Source: Candidatus Latescibacterota bacterium
Lineage (GTDB): Bacteria; Latescibacterota; UBA2968; UBA8231
Assembly: GCA_965204725.1 (NCBI GenBank)
Contig: OZ242005.1
Coordinates: forward strand, 2,240,001 to 2,304,000
Direction of reading: 5' to 3'
DNA: 64,000 nt
Shown: positions 56,500 through 64,000 of the stretch, in pieces
Layout of the letters: every line of letters begins with the position of its first letter
How positions within the stretch are numbered: position 1 is the first letter of the stretch
Program-made: the position numbers and the translations under genes
The notes under the pieces: generated by a model
What the model saw: the letters and a program-made list of their open reading frames with translations, nothing else
Told to the model about the DNA's origin: nothing
Database searches by the model: none

Positions 56500-58259
56500 A
56501 TCCGCTTCTCCAAACCTGCGATCACTTCTCCAGCCAAACGCCGCGCCGCCGCTCGGTCCGTTGGCGGGCCGCCCGCAGGCGCGAAGCGGGCAAAATCGCA
56601 GCGCGTCAGCAGATCGCGCAAGGCGGCAATCGTCTCGGCCTCGACCTCGCGTTCCGCTAAGGCCGTGGCGCAGACCTCCATGGTCAGGCCAGCCGCCGCG
56701 AGGTTGAGCCGGTCGGCCACGAACTCCAGCACTGCGGCGCGTACCTCGCCGTAGAACTCGGCCTCGGTGCCGCCTTCGAGCCAAGCATCGGCGCGGGCTA
56801 GGCGGCGGCCCGCTTCGCCTTTGGCGCGGCGCTGACGGGCGTATGCCACATCGCCCTGCAAGCGCCGCTGGTGGCGTTGCCACAACAGCAGGGCCAAGAA
56901 GGCAATGGGCAGCGCGCCCTGTACGCTCCAAAACCAATAGCGCTCGTGGAGCATGGGGGGCGCGACGAGGGTCTCGACATCAGGCTTGATGTAGCGGATG
57001 TCCTCGCCTACGGCCTCGATGTCGCGCCGGCTCAACCCGTAGCTCACCCCTTCCTCCTCAACGCTCCCCTCGCTGTGAATGACGATGGGATCAGATTCGA
57101 GGACCTCGTAGCGCGCTTGGTGAGGGTCGAAATACGCAAAGCGCAACGGCGGGATGTTTAGGGTACCGCCTTGCTCGGGAATCAAGATGTACTCGAACAG
57201 GCGGCGGCCCCCATACACCCCGTTGGTAATTCGCGCCTCTTCCTCGACCTTGGGGTCGTAGAGCTTGACGCCAGCAACGGCATCCACTTGGAGGGGCTGC
57301 ACCGCGGCCATGTTGCCCTCGCCCTCGACGAGCACGCGCAGCGTCACCGGATCCCCGGCCGCGACTTGGGTCGGCTGGGCCTCGACGCTGAGTTGGAAGC
57401 GCCCGACCGCGCCGGTAAATTCCGCGGGGCGGCCCTGCTCTGGCAGCGGGAGGACCTCAATGTGCAATTCCTCGCTTTGCAGGCGCACCGAGCGAGAGCG
57501 GCCAAAAAAGTCGTCGAGCAGGCTGCCGCGGCGCGAGCGCTGTTGGGGAATGTCGCAGGAAATGGCTAACGAGCCGACTGCGTGGGTCCCCGCGCCAGTG
57601 GGAAAAAGGGCCACCCGCCGCAACGGCGCGACATTGAAGGACACACCGCCGCGCACCTCCTGATGCGCCTTGAGCTGTTGGGCGACAAAGATGTCTTCGG
57701 TCCAGAACCCGACGAAGGTCGGCAGCTTGCTGAAGCTGACGTTGTGCGGTTGGATGCGGTAGAACAGGTCGTAGGACACGGTGACCTGCTGCCCCACATA
57801 AGCCCGCTCGTGGTCGGCACGCGCCAACACGAAGATGGGGGTTTCTGCGGGGTCGGCGGATGTGCGGCCGGTGCTGCGGACGATTTCGACGGTAATGGGC
57901 TTGGTCTGATAGTGTTCGCCGTCCATTTCCAGTTGGATCGGGCCGATGGTGAAGGTGCCGACCTGCTTGGCATAGAGAGAGTATGTCAACTCGTGGGTGA
58001 AGCGGACGTCGGTGAAGTTGTTCATCTCCATCCGCGTGCTAGTCGCTGGCCCCATGTGGAAACCCTTTAGGTCGAGGGCGGGTGGCGTCACTTGGCCCAA
58101 CTGTTCGTCCGCAGACTCGATGCGGAGCGTCAGATGAATCGGCTCGCCCAGACTGGCGCGAGTGCGATCGACGGACGCCTCGAACTCAATCGTCGCCGCG
58201 GCAACGCTAGAGGCCGCAAGCGCACATAGCACGAGCCAAATGGGCAGACGTACACTCAC
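56496..58259 (-). CDS. BatD-family protein
   Basis: YVGQQV, FTGAVG, GEGN, YFDP, DIRYIKP. Confidence 0.85.
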   Translation of the reverse strand: MSVRLPIWLVLCALAASSVAAATIEFEASVDRTRASLGEPIHLTLRIESADEQLGQVTPPALDLKGFHMGPATSTRMEMNNFTDVRFTHELTYSLYAKQVGTFTIGPIQLEMDGEHYQTKPITVEIVRSTGRTSADPAETPIFVLARADHERAYVGQQVTVSYDLFYRIQPHNVSFSKLPTFVGFWTEDIFVAQQLKAHQEVRGGVSFNVAPLRRVALFPTGAGTHAVGSLAISCDIPQQRSRRGSLLDDFFGRSRSVRLQSEELHIEVLPLPEQGRPAEFTGAVGRFQLSVEAQPTQVAAGDPVTLRVLVEGEGNMAAVQPLQVDAVAGVKLYDPKVEEEARITNGVYGGRRLFEYILIPEQGGTLNIPPLRFAYFDPHQARYEVLESDPIVIHSEGSVEEEGVSYGLSRRDIEAVGEDIRYIKPDVETLVAPPMLHERYWFWSVQGALPIAFLALLLWQRHQRRLQGDVAYARQRRAKGEAGRRLARADAWLEGGTEAEFYGEVRAAVLEFVADRLNLAAAGLTMEVCATALAEREVEAETIAALRDLLTRCDFARFAPAGGPPTDRAAARRLAGEVIAGLEKRI

Positions 58260-59071
58260 CAGTCCCTAGCCTGCGCTTTGCCAGTGGCGCGAAACCGGCG
58301 GTGTTGAGCTTCTAGCTCGCGGTTTTTGAGTGCATCCATGAGTTGCTGAGCTTCCTCGGGACTAATGGATCGCTGCTCGGCCGGCTGATCCTGCTGCTGT
58401 TGATCCTGCCCACTCTGTTGCTGCTGTTGATCCTCCGCCGAATCCTCCGGCTGCTGTTGATCCTGTTGCTGTTGTTGATCCTGCTGATCCTGTTGATCCT
58501 GATCCTGTTGCTGCTGTTGATCCTGCTGATCTTGCTCTTGTTGATCTTGTTGCTGTTGATCTTGCTCTTGTTGATCTTGCTGATCCTGCTGCTGATCCTG
58601 TTGATCTTGCTGATCCTGCTGCTCTTGCTGCTCTTGCTGCTCTTGCTCCTCCAATTTCTCCAGTGCCAACTCCAAATTCACCTTTGCGTCCTCGTCGGCT
58701 GGGTCTAGCTCCAAAGCCCGCTTGTACGCGGCGATGGCCTGTTCAAACGCCTGCTGCTGAAAGAAGCTATTGCCCATGTTGTAATGGGCCTGCGCCTCGA
58801 TTTTTTCCTCCTCGGCACTGAGCACTTGTTCAAATTCTCGCAGGGCTTGGTCGTACTCGCCGCGCTTGAAGAGCACATCCCCGACGTTGAAATGTAGTTC
58901 GGGGGCGTCGGGCCGGTCGAGGAGCGCGTCGCGGTAGAGTTGCAGGGCCTGCTCGTACTCGCCGCGCTGGTAGTGCTCCCAAGCCTCGGCGCTCTTGCTG
59001 GCGACGGGATCGCCCACCGTCGCCCCGCAGACGATCAGCCAGATCCCCGCGACGACCCACAGTACTCCCAT
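58256..59071 (-). CDS. BatC-like TPR protein with Gln-rich linker
   Basis: AHYNMGN, DEDAKVNLELA, terminal RDW. Confidence 0.82.
   Translation of the reverse strand: MGVLWVVAGIWLIVCGATVGDPVASKSAEAWEHYQRGEYEQALQLYRDALLDRPDAPELHFNVGDVLFKRGEYDQALREFEQVLSAEEEKIEAQAHYNMGNSFFQQQAFEQAIAAYKRALELDPADEDAKVNLELALEKLEEQEQQEQQEQQDQQDQQDQQQDQQDQQEQDQQQQDQQEQDQQDQQQQQDQDQQDQQDQQQQQDQQQPEDSAEDQQQQQSGQDQQQQDQPAEQRSISPEEAQQLMDALKNRELEAQHRRFRATGKAQARDW
58380..58650 (-). repeat. Low-complexity Gln/Asp coding repeat
   Basis: Imperfect CAG/CAA/GAT arrays encoding (Q)nD. Confidence 0.85.
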
Positions 59072-60096
59072 TAGGCGAACCGTCCCTTCCACTCGCGGGT
59101 TTGCACCCGCGCATCGCCTAAGAAAGCCTCGGCAAAGAAACAGCACAGGGCCAACAATAAGGGCCATTGGAAACGCTCCCGATAGCGGGTGAGGCGGGTA
59201 GAGCCGATTTCGCGCTGATCCATCTCGGCGATCTGGTCGTATAAGGCGGCCAATTCCGCGCCTTTCAAAGTACTGCGAAAGTAGGCCCCCCCGGTCTCCA
59301 ACGCCATGTCCTGCAAGGTGCTCTCGTCGAGCCGGGTTTTGACGTATTGGCCGCGCTTGTCTTTGTGAAAGCGCACACCACCCCCCTCCTCCTCAGTGGG
59401 GATGAGCTCGCCATCGGGCGTCCCCAGCCCCAAGGCAAAGAGGCGCACCCCCTGTTCAGCCGCCGCTTGCGCCGCGGCCAGCGGCTGCCCCACGTGATCT
59501 TCGCCGTCGGTGAAAAGCACGATGGCCTTGTGCTGGCCCTCGCCCTCGTCAAACGAGCGCACGGCGAGCCGCACCGCATCGCCAATGGCCGTCCCCTGAA
59601 CGGGTATGGCCCCAGCGTCCAGCACATTGAGAAACATCTCCACAGCTCCGTAGTCGCTCGTCAGCGGGCATTGAACAAAGGCTTGGCCGGCAAAGACCAC
59701 CAACCCGACGCGGTCGCCCCGCAGCAAGTCCAACAGGCCGCGAATTTGGTGTTTGGCCCGCGCCAAGCGGCTCGGCTTGACGTCCTCGGCCTGCATACTG
59801 CGCGACACGTCGAGCGCCAGCATCACATCTACGCCCTTGCGCTGGGCCATTTCGAGTTGCGTACCGAATTGGGGGCCAGTCAGCGCGAGGATCGCAAAGA
59901 AGGTCCCCAGCCCCAACAGGACGCACTTGCCCACTTGGCGGCCCCGGCTCAGGTTGCGAGTCAGCTTCTCGGCGAGCGGGCCGCGCACAAAATGCGCCAA
60001 GGCGCGACCACGCGCCCAGAATGCCCACGCAAAAAAGGCCGCCATAAAAGGCAGTAGCAGTAGAAACCAAAAATTGTACAAGTTCGCAAAGCGCAT
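59071..60096 (-). CDS. BatB-like vWA protein
   Basis: DVSRSM MIDAS, PLTSD, TDGE. Confidence 0.87.
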   Translation of the reverse strand: MRFANLYNFWFLLLLPFMAAFFAWAFWARGRALAHFVRGPLAEKLTRNLSRGRQVGKCVLLGLGTFFAILALTGPQFGTQLEMAQRKGVDVMLALDVSRSMQAEDVKPSRLARAKHQIRGLLDLLRGDRVGLVVFAGQAFVQCPLTSDYGAVEMFLNVLDAGAIPVQGTAIGDAVRLAVRSFDEGEGQHKAIVLFTDGEDHVGQPLAAAQAAAEQGVRLFALGLGTPDGELIPTEEEGGGVRFHKDKRGQYVKTRLDESTLQDMALETGGAYFRSTLKGAELAALYDQIAEMDQREIGSTRLTRYRERFQWPLLLALCCFFAEAFLGDARVQTREWKGRFA

Positions 60097-60341
60097 ATAG
60101 CCATCCTAAATGACTTGAAAGAATTAGAGATGCTTCGACTGCGCTTCGCTTCGCTCAGCATGACACCGAGACGAGGGCTTGGTGCTCCAGCCCTTGTCAT
60201 ACTGAGCGCAGCGAAGTATCTCATACCCAAAACTCCATGCAGAACATCATTCAAGACTGGATTCCCGCTTTCGCGGGAATGACGCCTCGTACAAAAAAAA
60301 GACCGGGCCGATCAACATTCCATGCTTGCGAGTCATTTAGG
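60095..60341. mobile_element. MITE family 1, longest copy
   Basis: ATATAGCCATCCTAAATGAC ... GTCATTTAGG; carries both palindrome types. Confidence 0.75.
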
Positions 60342-61341
60342 GCAGCGAGCGGAAGCGGGTGTGGGCCAACAGCATCTCCACCAATAGCAAGCCCAAGCCG
60401 ACGTAGAGAAAATAGGCAAAGCGCTCCGAGTAATTCAGGTGGATTTCGGATGTGATCTCGGTCGCCTCTAACTCGCCAATTTCGCGGTATATGGCCGCCA
60501 GCTTTTCCTCGCTCGTCGCTCGGTAGTACTGGCCGCCCGTGCGCGCGGCCACCTCCTGTAAGGTCTCCTCGTCGATTTCGACCTGTACGGTCTGGTAGCG
60601 GGTGCCGAAAACCCCGCGCACTGGCCGGCGAATCTCCCCGTCGCTGCCCACGCCAATGGTATAGACCCGGATGCCCACAGCCGCGGCCGCTTCGGCCGCC
60701 GTCAACGGCTCCACCTCGCCGGCGTTGTTCACGCCATCGGTTAGCAGAATGATCACCCGGCTCTCGGCATCCGAGTCGCGCAAGCGGTTGCAGGCGTTGA
60801 TCAGCGCCATGCCAATGGCCGTGCCGTCCCATGCCTCGCTGGCGATTTCCACGCCCTCGAGAAACTCCAACAACACCCGATAGTCGAGGGTCAGCGGGCA
60901 CTGGGTGAAGCTCTCGCCGGCAAAGACGACCATGCCAATGCGGTCGCTGTGGCGGCCGGCAATGAAGTCGGCCACCACTTCCTTGGCCACCTGTAAGCGG
61001 CTCTTCTGGCCCTCGGCTAGGTCGTTCAGTTCCATGCTCGACGACAGGTCCAAGGTCAGCATGATGTCGATGCCCTCGCCCGATATTTCCCGCACCTCGC
61101 GCCCAGATTGCGGGCGGGCCATGGCCGCGATGAGGCAGCCCAAGCCGAGTATCCGCAAGACGAGCAGGCCGTGCCGCAGCTTGGTCCACAGCGACGTCGT
61201 GGCGCGGCGCAACACCCCGAGGTCGGAAAACTGCACGCTGCTCCGGCGGCCTTGGTGGGCGCGCACATAGCTGTAGAGCAAGGCGGGCAACAGCAGGAGC
61301 AACAACAGCCACTCGGGATTTTCAAACCGGATGTTCTGCAT
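60337..61341 (-). CDS. BatA-like vWA protein
   Basis: DLSSSM, CPLTLD, GTAIG, LTDGVNNAG. Confidence 0.88.
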   Translation of the reverse strand: MQNIRFENPEWLLLLLLLPALLYSYVRAHQGRRSSVQFSDLGVLRRATTSLWTKLRHGLLVLRILGLGCLIAAMARPQSGREVREISGEGIDIMLTLDLSSSMELNDLAEGQKSRLQVAKEVVADFIAGRHSDRIGMVVFAGESFTQCPLTLDYRVLLEFLEGVEIASEAWDGTAIGMALINACNRLRDSDAESRVIILLTDGVNNAGEVEPLTAAEAAAAVGIRVYTIGVGSDGEIRRPVRGVFGTRYQTVQVEIDEETLQEVAARTGGQYYRATSEEKLAAIYREIGELEATEITSEIHLNYSERFAYFLYVGLGLLLVEMLLAHTRFRSLP

Positions 61342-62227
61342 GCGGGGCGACCGCCTCCTCGATAGGGCGCAATAGGGCGAGGCCAGCATCGGGGGCGCGC
61401 CGGGCCGCCGCTAGGGCCGGATGGAAGCGGGCGAACTTCACCAAGTCGGCCTCGCGCAAATAGTCGAGGATCTGCTGCCTAAGCGCGGCATCCACTTCGG
61501 CCTCTTGCAGCGCGTTCGCCAGCTCCGCGGTGGTCTGCTCCATGGCTTCAATTTTTAAGCGCTCCTCCAAGCAGCGGCGCAAATTCTCCGAAAGCAGCGA
61601 GTAGTAAGTCTTGAACTCGCCGCGCTCCAGCAGGCCGCAGGCGGCGATGCGCGCAAACTCCGCCGCGTAATCCATCGGCTCGGGCGGGGGCGACGGCTGA
61701 GGAGGGCGGGTGCGGCGACGCCAGAGCCAAACGCCGCCGAATGCACATAGCGCCAACGCCAGCAGTCCGATGGCTACGACCACCCACAAAGGCACCCCGC
61801 CGCGGACGAGCACGGGCGGCTTGATGTCGCGGAGTTGGTCCTCCCCTTCGCTGCGGGCGCTGATGACCTCTATGGCTAGGGGTTGGGTCGTTCGCAGGAG
61901 CGTGTCGCCAGCAGCGCGGACAAAGGGCACGGCCACGGCCGGCACCTCGTGAACCCCCAACTCGTAGAGACGCAATTCGCATTCTTGCACGGTCGCGGCC
62001 TCGCGTTGACGCCAGCCGGCGCAGCGAGGAGCAAAATCTTGGAGAAGCTGGGACAAATCCGGGGCTTCGGGACGTGCGGTGGCGTCGTGGTGGAGGGTCA
62101 ATGTCAGGCGGATGGGATCGCCCACCCGGGCCGTTGCCGTGTCCAAGACCGCCTCGGCCCGAGGGACTTGGGCGTCCAGCCCCTCGGCGAGGACCATGAG
62201 CGCGGCGAGCAAACCGCCGATATACAT
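61322..62227 (-). CDS. bat-operon membrane protein (DUF4381-like)
   Basis: LRDIKPP, TM segment, AMEQTT, ADLVKFAR. Confidence 0.75.
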   Translation of the reverse strand: MYIGGLLAALMVLAEGLDAQVPRAEAVLDTATARVGDPIRLTLTLHHDATARPEAPDLSQLLQDFAPRCAGWRQREAATVQECELRLYELGVHEVPAVAVPFVRAAGDTLLRTTQPLAIEVISARSEGEDQLRDIKPPVLVRGGVPLWVVVAIGLLALALCAFGGVWLWRRRTRPPQPSPPPEPMDYAAEFARIAACGLLERGEFKTYYSLLSENLRRCLEERLKIEAMEQTTAELANALQEAEVDAALRQQILDYLREADLVKFARFHPALAAARRAPDAGLALLRPIEEAVAPHAEHPV

Positions 62228-63648
62228 TACGGGCTGTCAGCGCCGCCGTCGTTGGGGTCTTCGCTGCGGGCGGCGGGTGCAGCCGGCTCTTTGGGTGCTT
62301 GCGCCACGTCGTCTAAGCCCAAGTCCAACTCGGCGAAGTCGTCGTCGCTAATCACGTACACCGCGTCGTCGCCTTCCTGCTGCAAGAACGAGGTCCCGGC
62401 CGCTTGGCTGAAGCGAGCGGTCAGGACGGCTTGCCCCGCGCCGAGCAGCTCAATGCTAAAGGCCGGCGCGGCCTCGGCCGGCAGCTCCTCGGCAAACCCT
62501 TCGACCTCGAGTTGCTCCAAGTCGCTCAGGAGGCTGTTGAACTTCCACGACTTGGCGTCGCGCCCGCTGGGGTCTGACAGGTGCCACGCACCGCTGGTGT
62601 CCTGATCAGCGGCAAACGCGACTGCCGCTTGGCGAGTCAGGACAATGCGCTCGACTTGTGTGCGCTCAAAGCGCAAGGGCTTTTTGTCGCGCAAATCGGA
62701 CAGGTCCTTGACGAGCGCTTGCACCAGCGTCGAATCGACCAAAAACACCTGCGGCCGGCTGGCGTCGCGCGCGTACCAACGGCCCTGTTCGTCCGCGTCG
62801 CCAATGGCCAAGCGCTTCTCGGCCCGGTCTTCGCCAATGAGTAGGGCGAGCTCCACGTGCGGCGCACGCTCCCCCAAACCATAGGTAGCCAAGGAGTCGG
62901 CATCCGGGTCTTCGGCCACAAAAGCCTCGATCTCGGCTTGGTCGATTTTGTCGAGCAGGTCCTCTACTGCGTCGCCGTCGGCTCGGGCGGCTACCGGCTC
63001 GCGCAACTGCCAGTCGGGCGCGGTCCGCGCCAGCACGGCCCCACCGCCAGCACCCCACCGCTCAACCTGCATCACCTCGTCTTTGGCAAAGGCCAGCACC
63101 CGGCGGTCGCGCAGGTCAAACGCCTGCTTGTCGAGGTTGTCGAAGCGCCAAGCGCGCACCACAAAGATCTCGGGATTGTCGCCTTGGCCTTGGAGTTGGG
63201 CGTAGGTAAAGCGATCGGTGGGACTGTCCGCGCCGAAAGCGACCACTTGCTCGGCGCCGTCTTCGGTTTGCAGCCGCACTTTGAGCCGCGGCGGGTCGAG
63301 CCCGTATTGGGCGGCTTGCTCGGCGCTGGCCGCGGCGCTATCGACGATGACCTTTTCCCGCTCGCATTCGCGCAAATTGCGCAAGTAGCGCTCTACGGCC
63401 TCTGAGTCTGCGCCGTCGGTCACCGGCTCTTTCAGGTTCCAGCCGCTCGCCTCCTGGGCCAACACCAAAGCCTCGTCGCCGCGCACCAGCGCGAGTTGCT
63501 GGGCTTCGCCATCTTGGAAGGCGAACAACTGCTTGGATTTTTCGGCTTCTTGGCGGCGCTCCTCACCGCCCTTGATCTCGTAGAAATAGACAAAGGCCGA
63601 CAGCGCGAGGAAAATTAGGCCGATCACTGCATTGGTCTTGAATTTCAT
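62227..63648 (-). CDS. DUF4340-domain protein
   Basis: N-terminal anchor and three repeats of W.L.EP...AD...V/YGL. Confidence 0.75.
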   Translation of the reverse strand: MKFKTNAVIGLIFLALSAFVYFYEIKGGEERRQEAEKSKQLFAFQDGEAQQLALVRGDEALVLAQEASGWNLKEPVTDGADSEAVERYLRNLRECEREKVIVDSAAASAEQAAQYGLDPPRLKVRLQTEDGAEQVVAFGADSPTDRFTYAQLQGQGDNPEIFVVRAWRFDNLDKQAFDLRDRRVLAFAKDEVMQVERWGAGGGAVLARTAPDWQLREPVAARADGDAVEDLLDKIDQAEIEAFVAEDPDADSLATYGLGERAPHVELALLIGEDRAEKRLAIGDADEQGRWYARDASRPQVFLVDSTLVQALVKDLSDLRDKKPLRFERTQVERIVLTRQAAVAFAADQDTSGAWHLSDPSGRDAKSWKFNSLLSDLEQLEVEGFAEELPAEAAPAFSIELLGAGQAVLTARFSQAAGTSFLQQEGDDAVYVISDDDFAELDLGLDDVAQAPKEPAAPAARSEDPNDGGADSP

Positions 63649-63649
63649 G

Positions 63650-64000
63650 CTAGCTTAGCTCCTCTTGTACAAAGACCTTTTTAATCCACACGAGAATGGC
63701 CGCATTGACCACGAAAACCGCAGCGTAGATCAGCTGGACCGTCTCGTTGGGAATCAGGGAGAAACCCAGGCCGGCCCCGGTGAAAATCGTCAGGGCAACC
63801 ACGCCGGCGCACAACACCGAAAACACCAAGCCGGCCTGCCAAGCCCACGCCGCATGCCGATAGAGGCCGTAGCCAATAGCCGCCGAGGCCAAGGCCGCGA
63901 TCAATTTGACCTCCCCCTCAAAGATCGCCCCCTCGCTGGTGGCAATGATGCCGCTGATGAAGAAGAACATGGCGTTGCCCCAAAAGGTGTACACCAGCCA
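63650..64000 (-). CDS. Hypothetical membrane protein (5' end probably outside window)
   Basis: Several hydrophobic segments; frame open to the edge. Confidence 0.55.
   Translation of the reverse strand, partial: WLVYTFWGNAMFFFISGIIATSEGAIFEGEVKLIAALASAAIGYGLYRHAAWAWQAGLVFSVLCAGVVALTIFTGAGLGFSLIPNETVQLIYAAVFVVNAAILVWIKKVFVQEELS

Noticed and set aside
58343-58708. Leu/Ile-rich 121-aa ORF resembling a membrane protein
   Set aside because: It is the antisense shadow of the Gln/Asp repeat in the BatC-like gene.
60251-61312. 353-aa alternative-frame ORF over batA, and the long N-terminal extensions of batE, batC and the DUF3226 gene
   Set aside because: Arg/Gly/Pro-rich off-frame translations; coupled downstream starts fit better.

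Overview
GC-rich bacterial chromosomal window. Gene style (FlgD-Ig C-terminal domains, bat operon, plant-type LRRs) suggests an FCB-group organism such as Latescibacterota/Gemmatimonadota, possibly host-associated; this is inference. A housekeeping backbone (obgE, dnaB, udg, coaBC, cmk-like, yicC, dapF, cysQ, polX, udk, RND pump, batA-E) is interrupted by lower-GC accessory islets: an IS5-disrupted SPARTA-type TIR-APAZ with decayed toxin-antitoxin modules, two DNA methyltransferase islets, two ABC-ATPase/nuclease-like pairs, an unknown two-gene insert and several secreted proteins. The most striking unexplained signals are: (i) a duplicated sigma54 promoter plus a covarying structured 5' leader, driving an 8-Cys secreted mini-protein and a beta-propeller gene; (ii) a short C-terminal TSV..WGx[IL]K tail on three secreted proteins, placed where others carry a FlgD-Ig domain; (iii) MITEs whose ends supply start and stop codons; (iv) an apparent window-wide loss of CCWGG with excess of its 5mC-deamination products. 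No rRNA, tRNA or CRISPR array was recognised. Some starts were moved from the ORF track to RBS-supported codons. All calls are by eye, without database searches.
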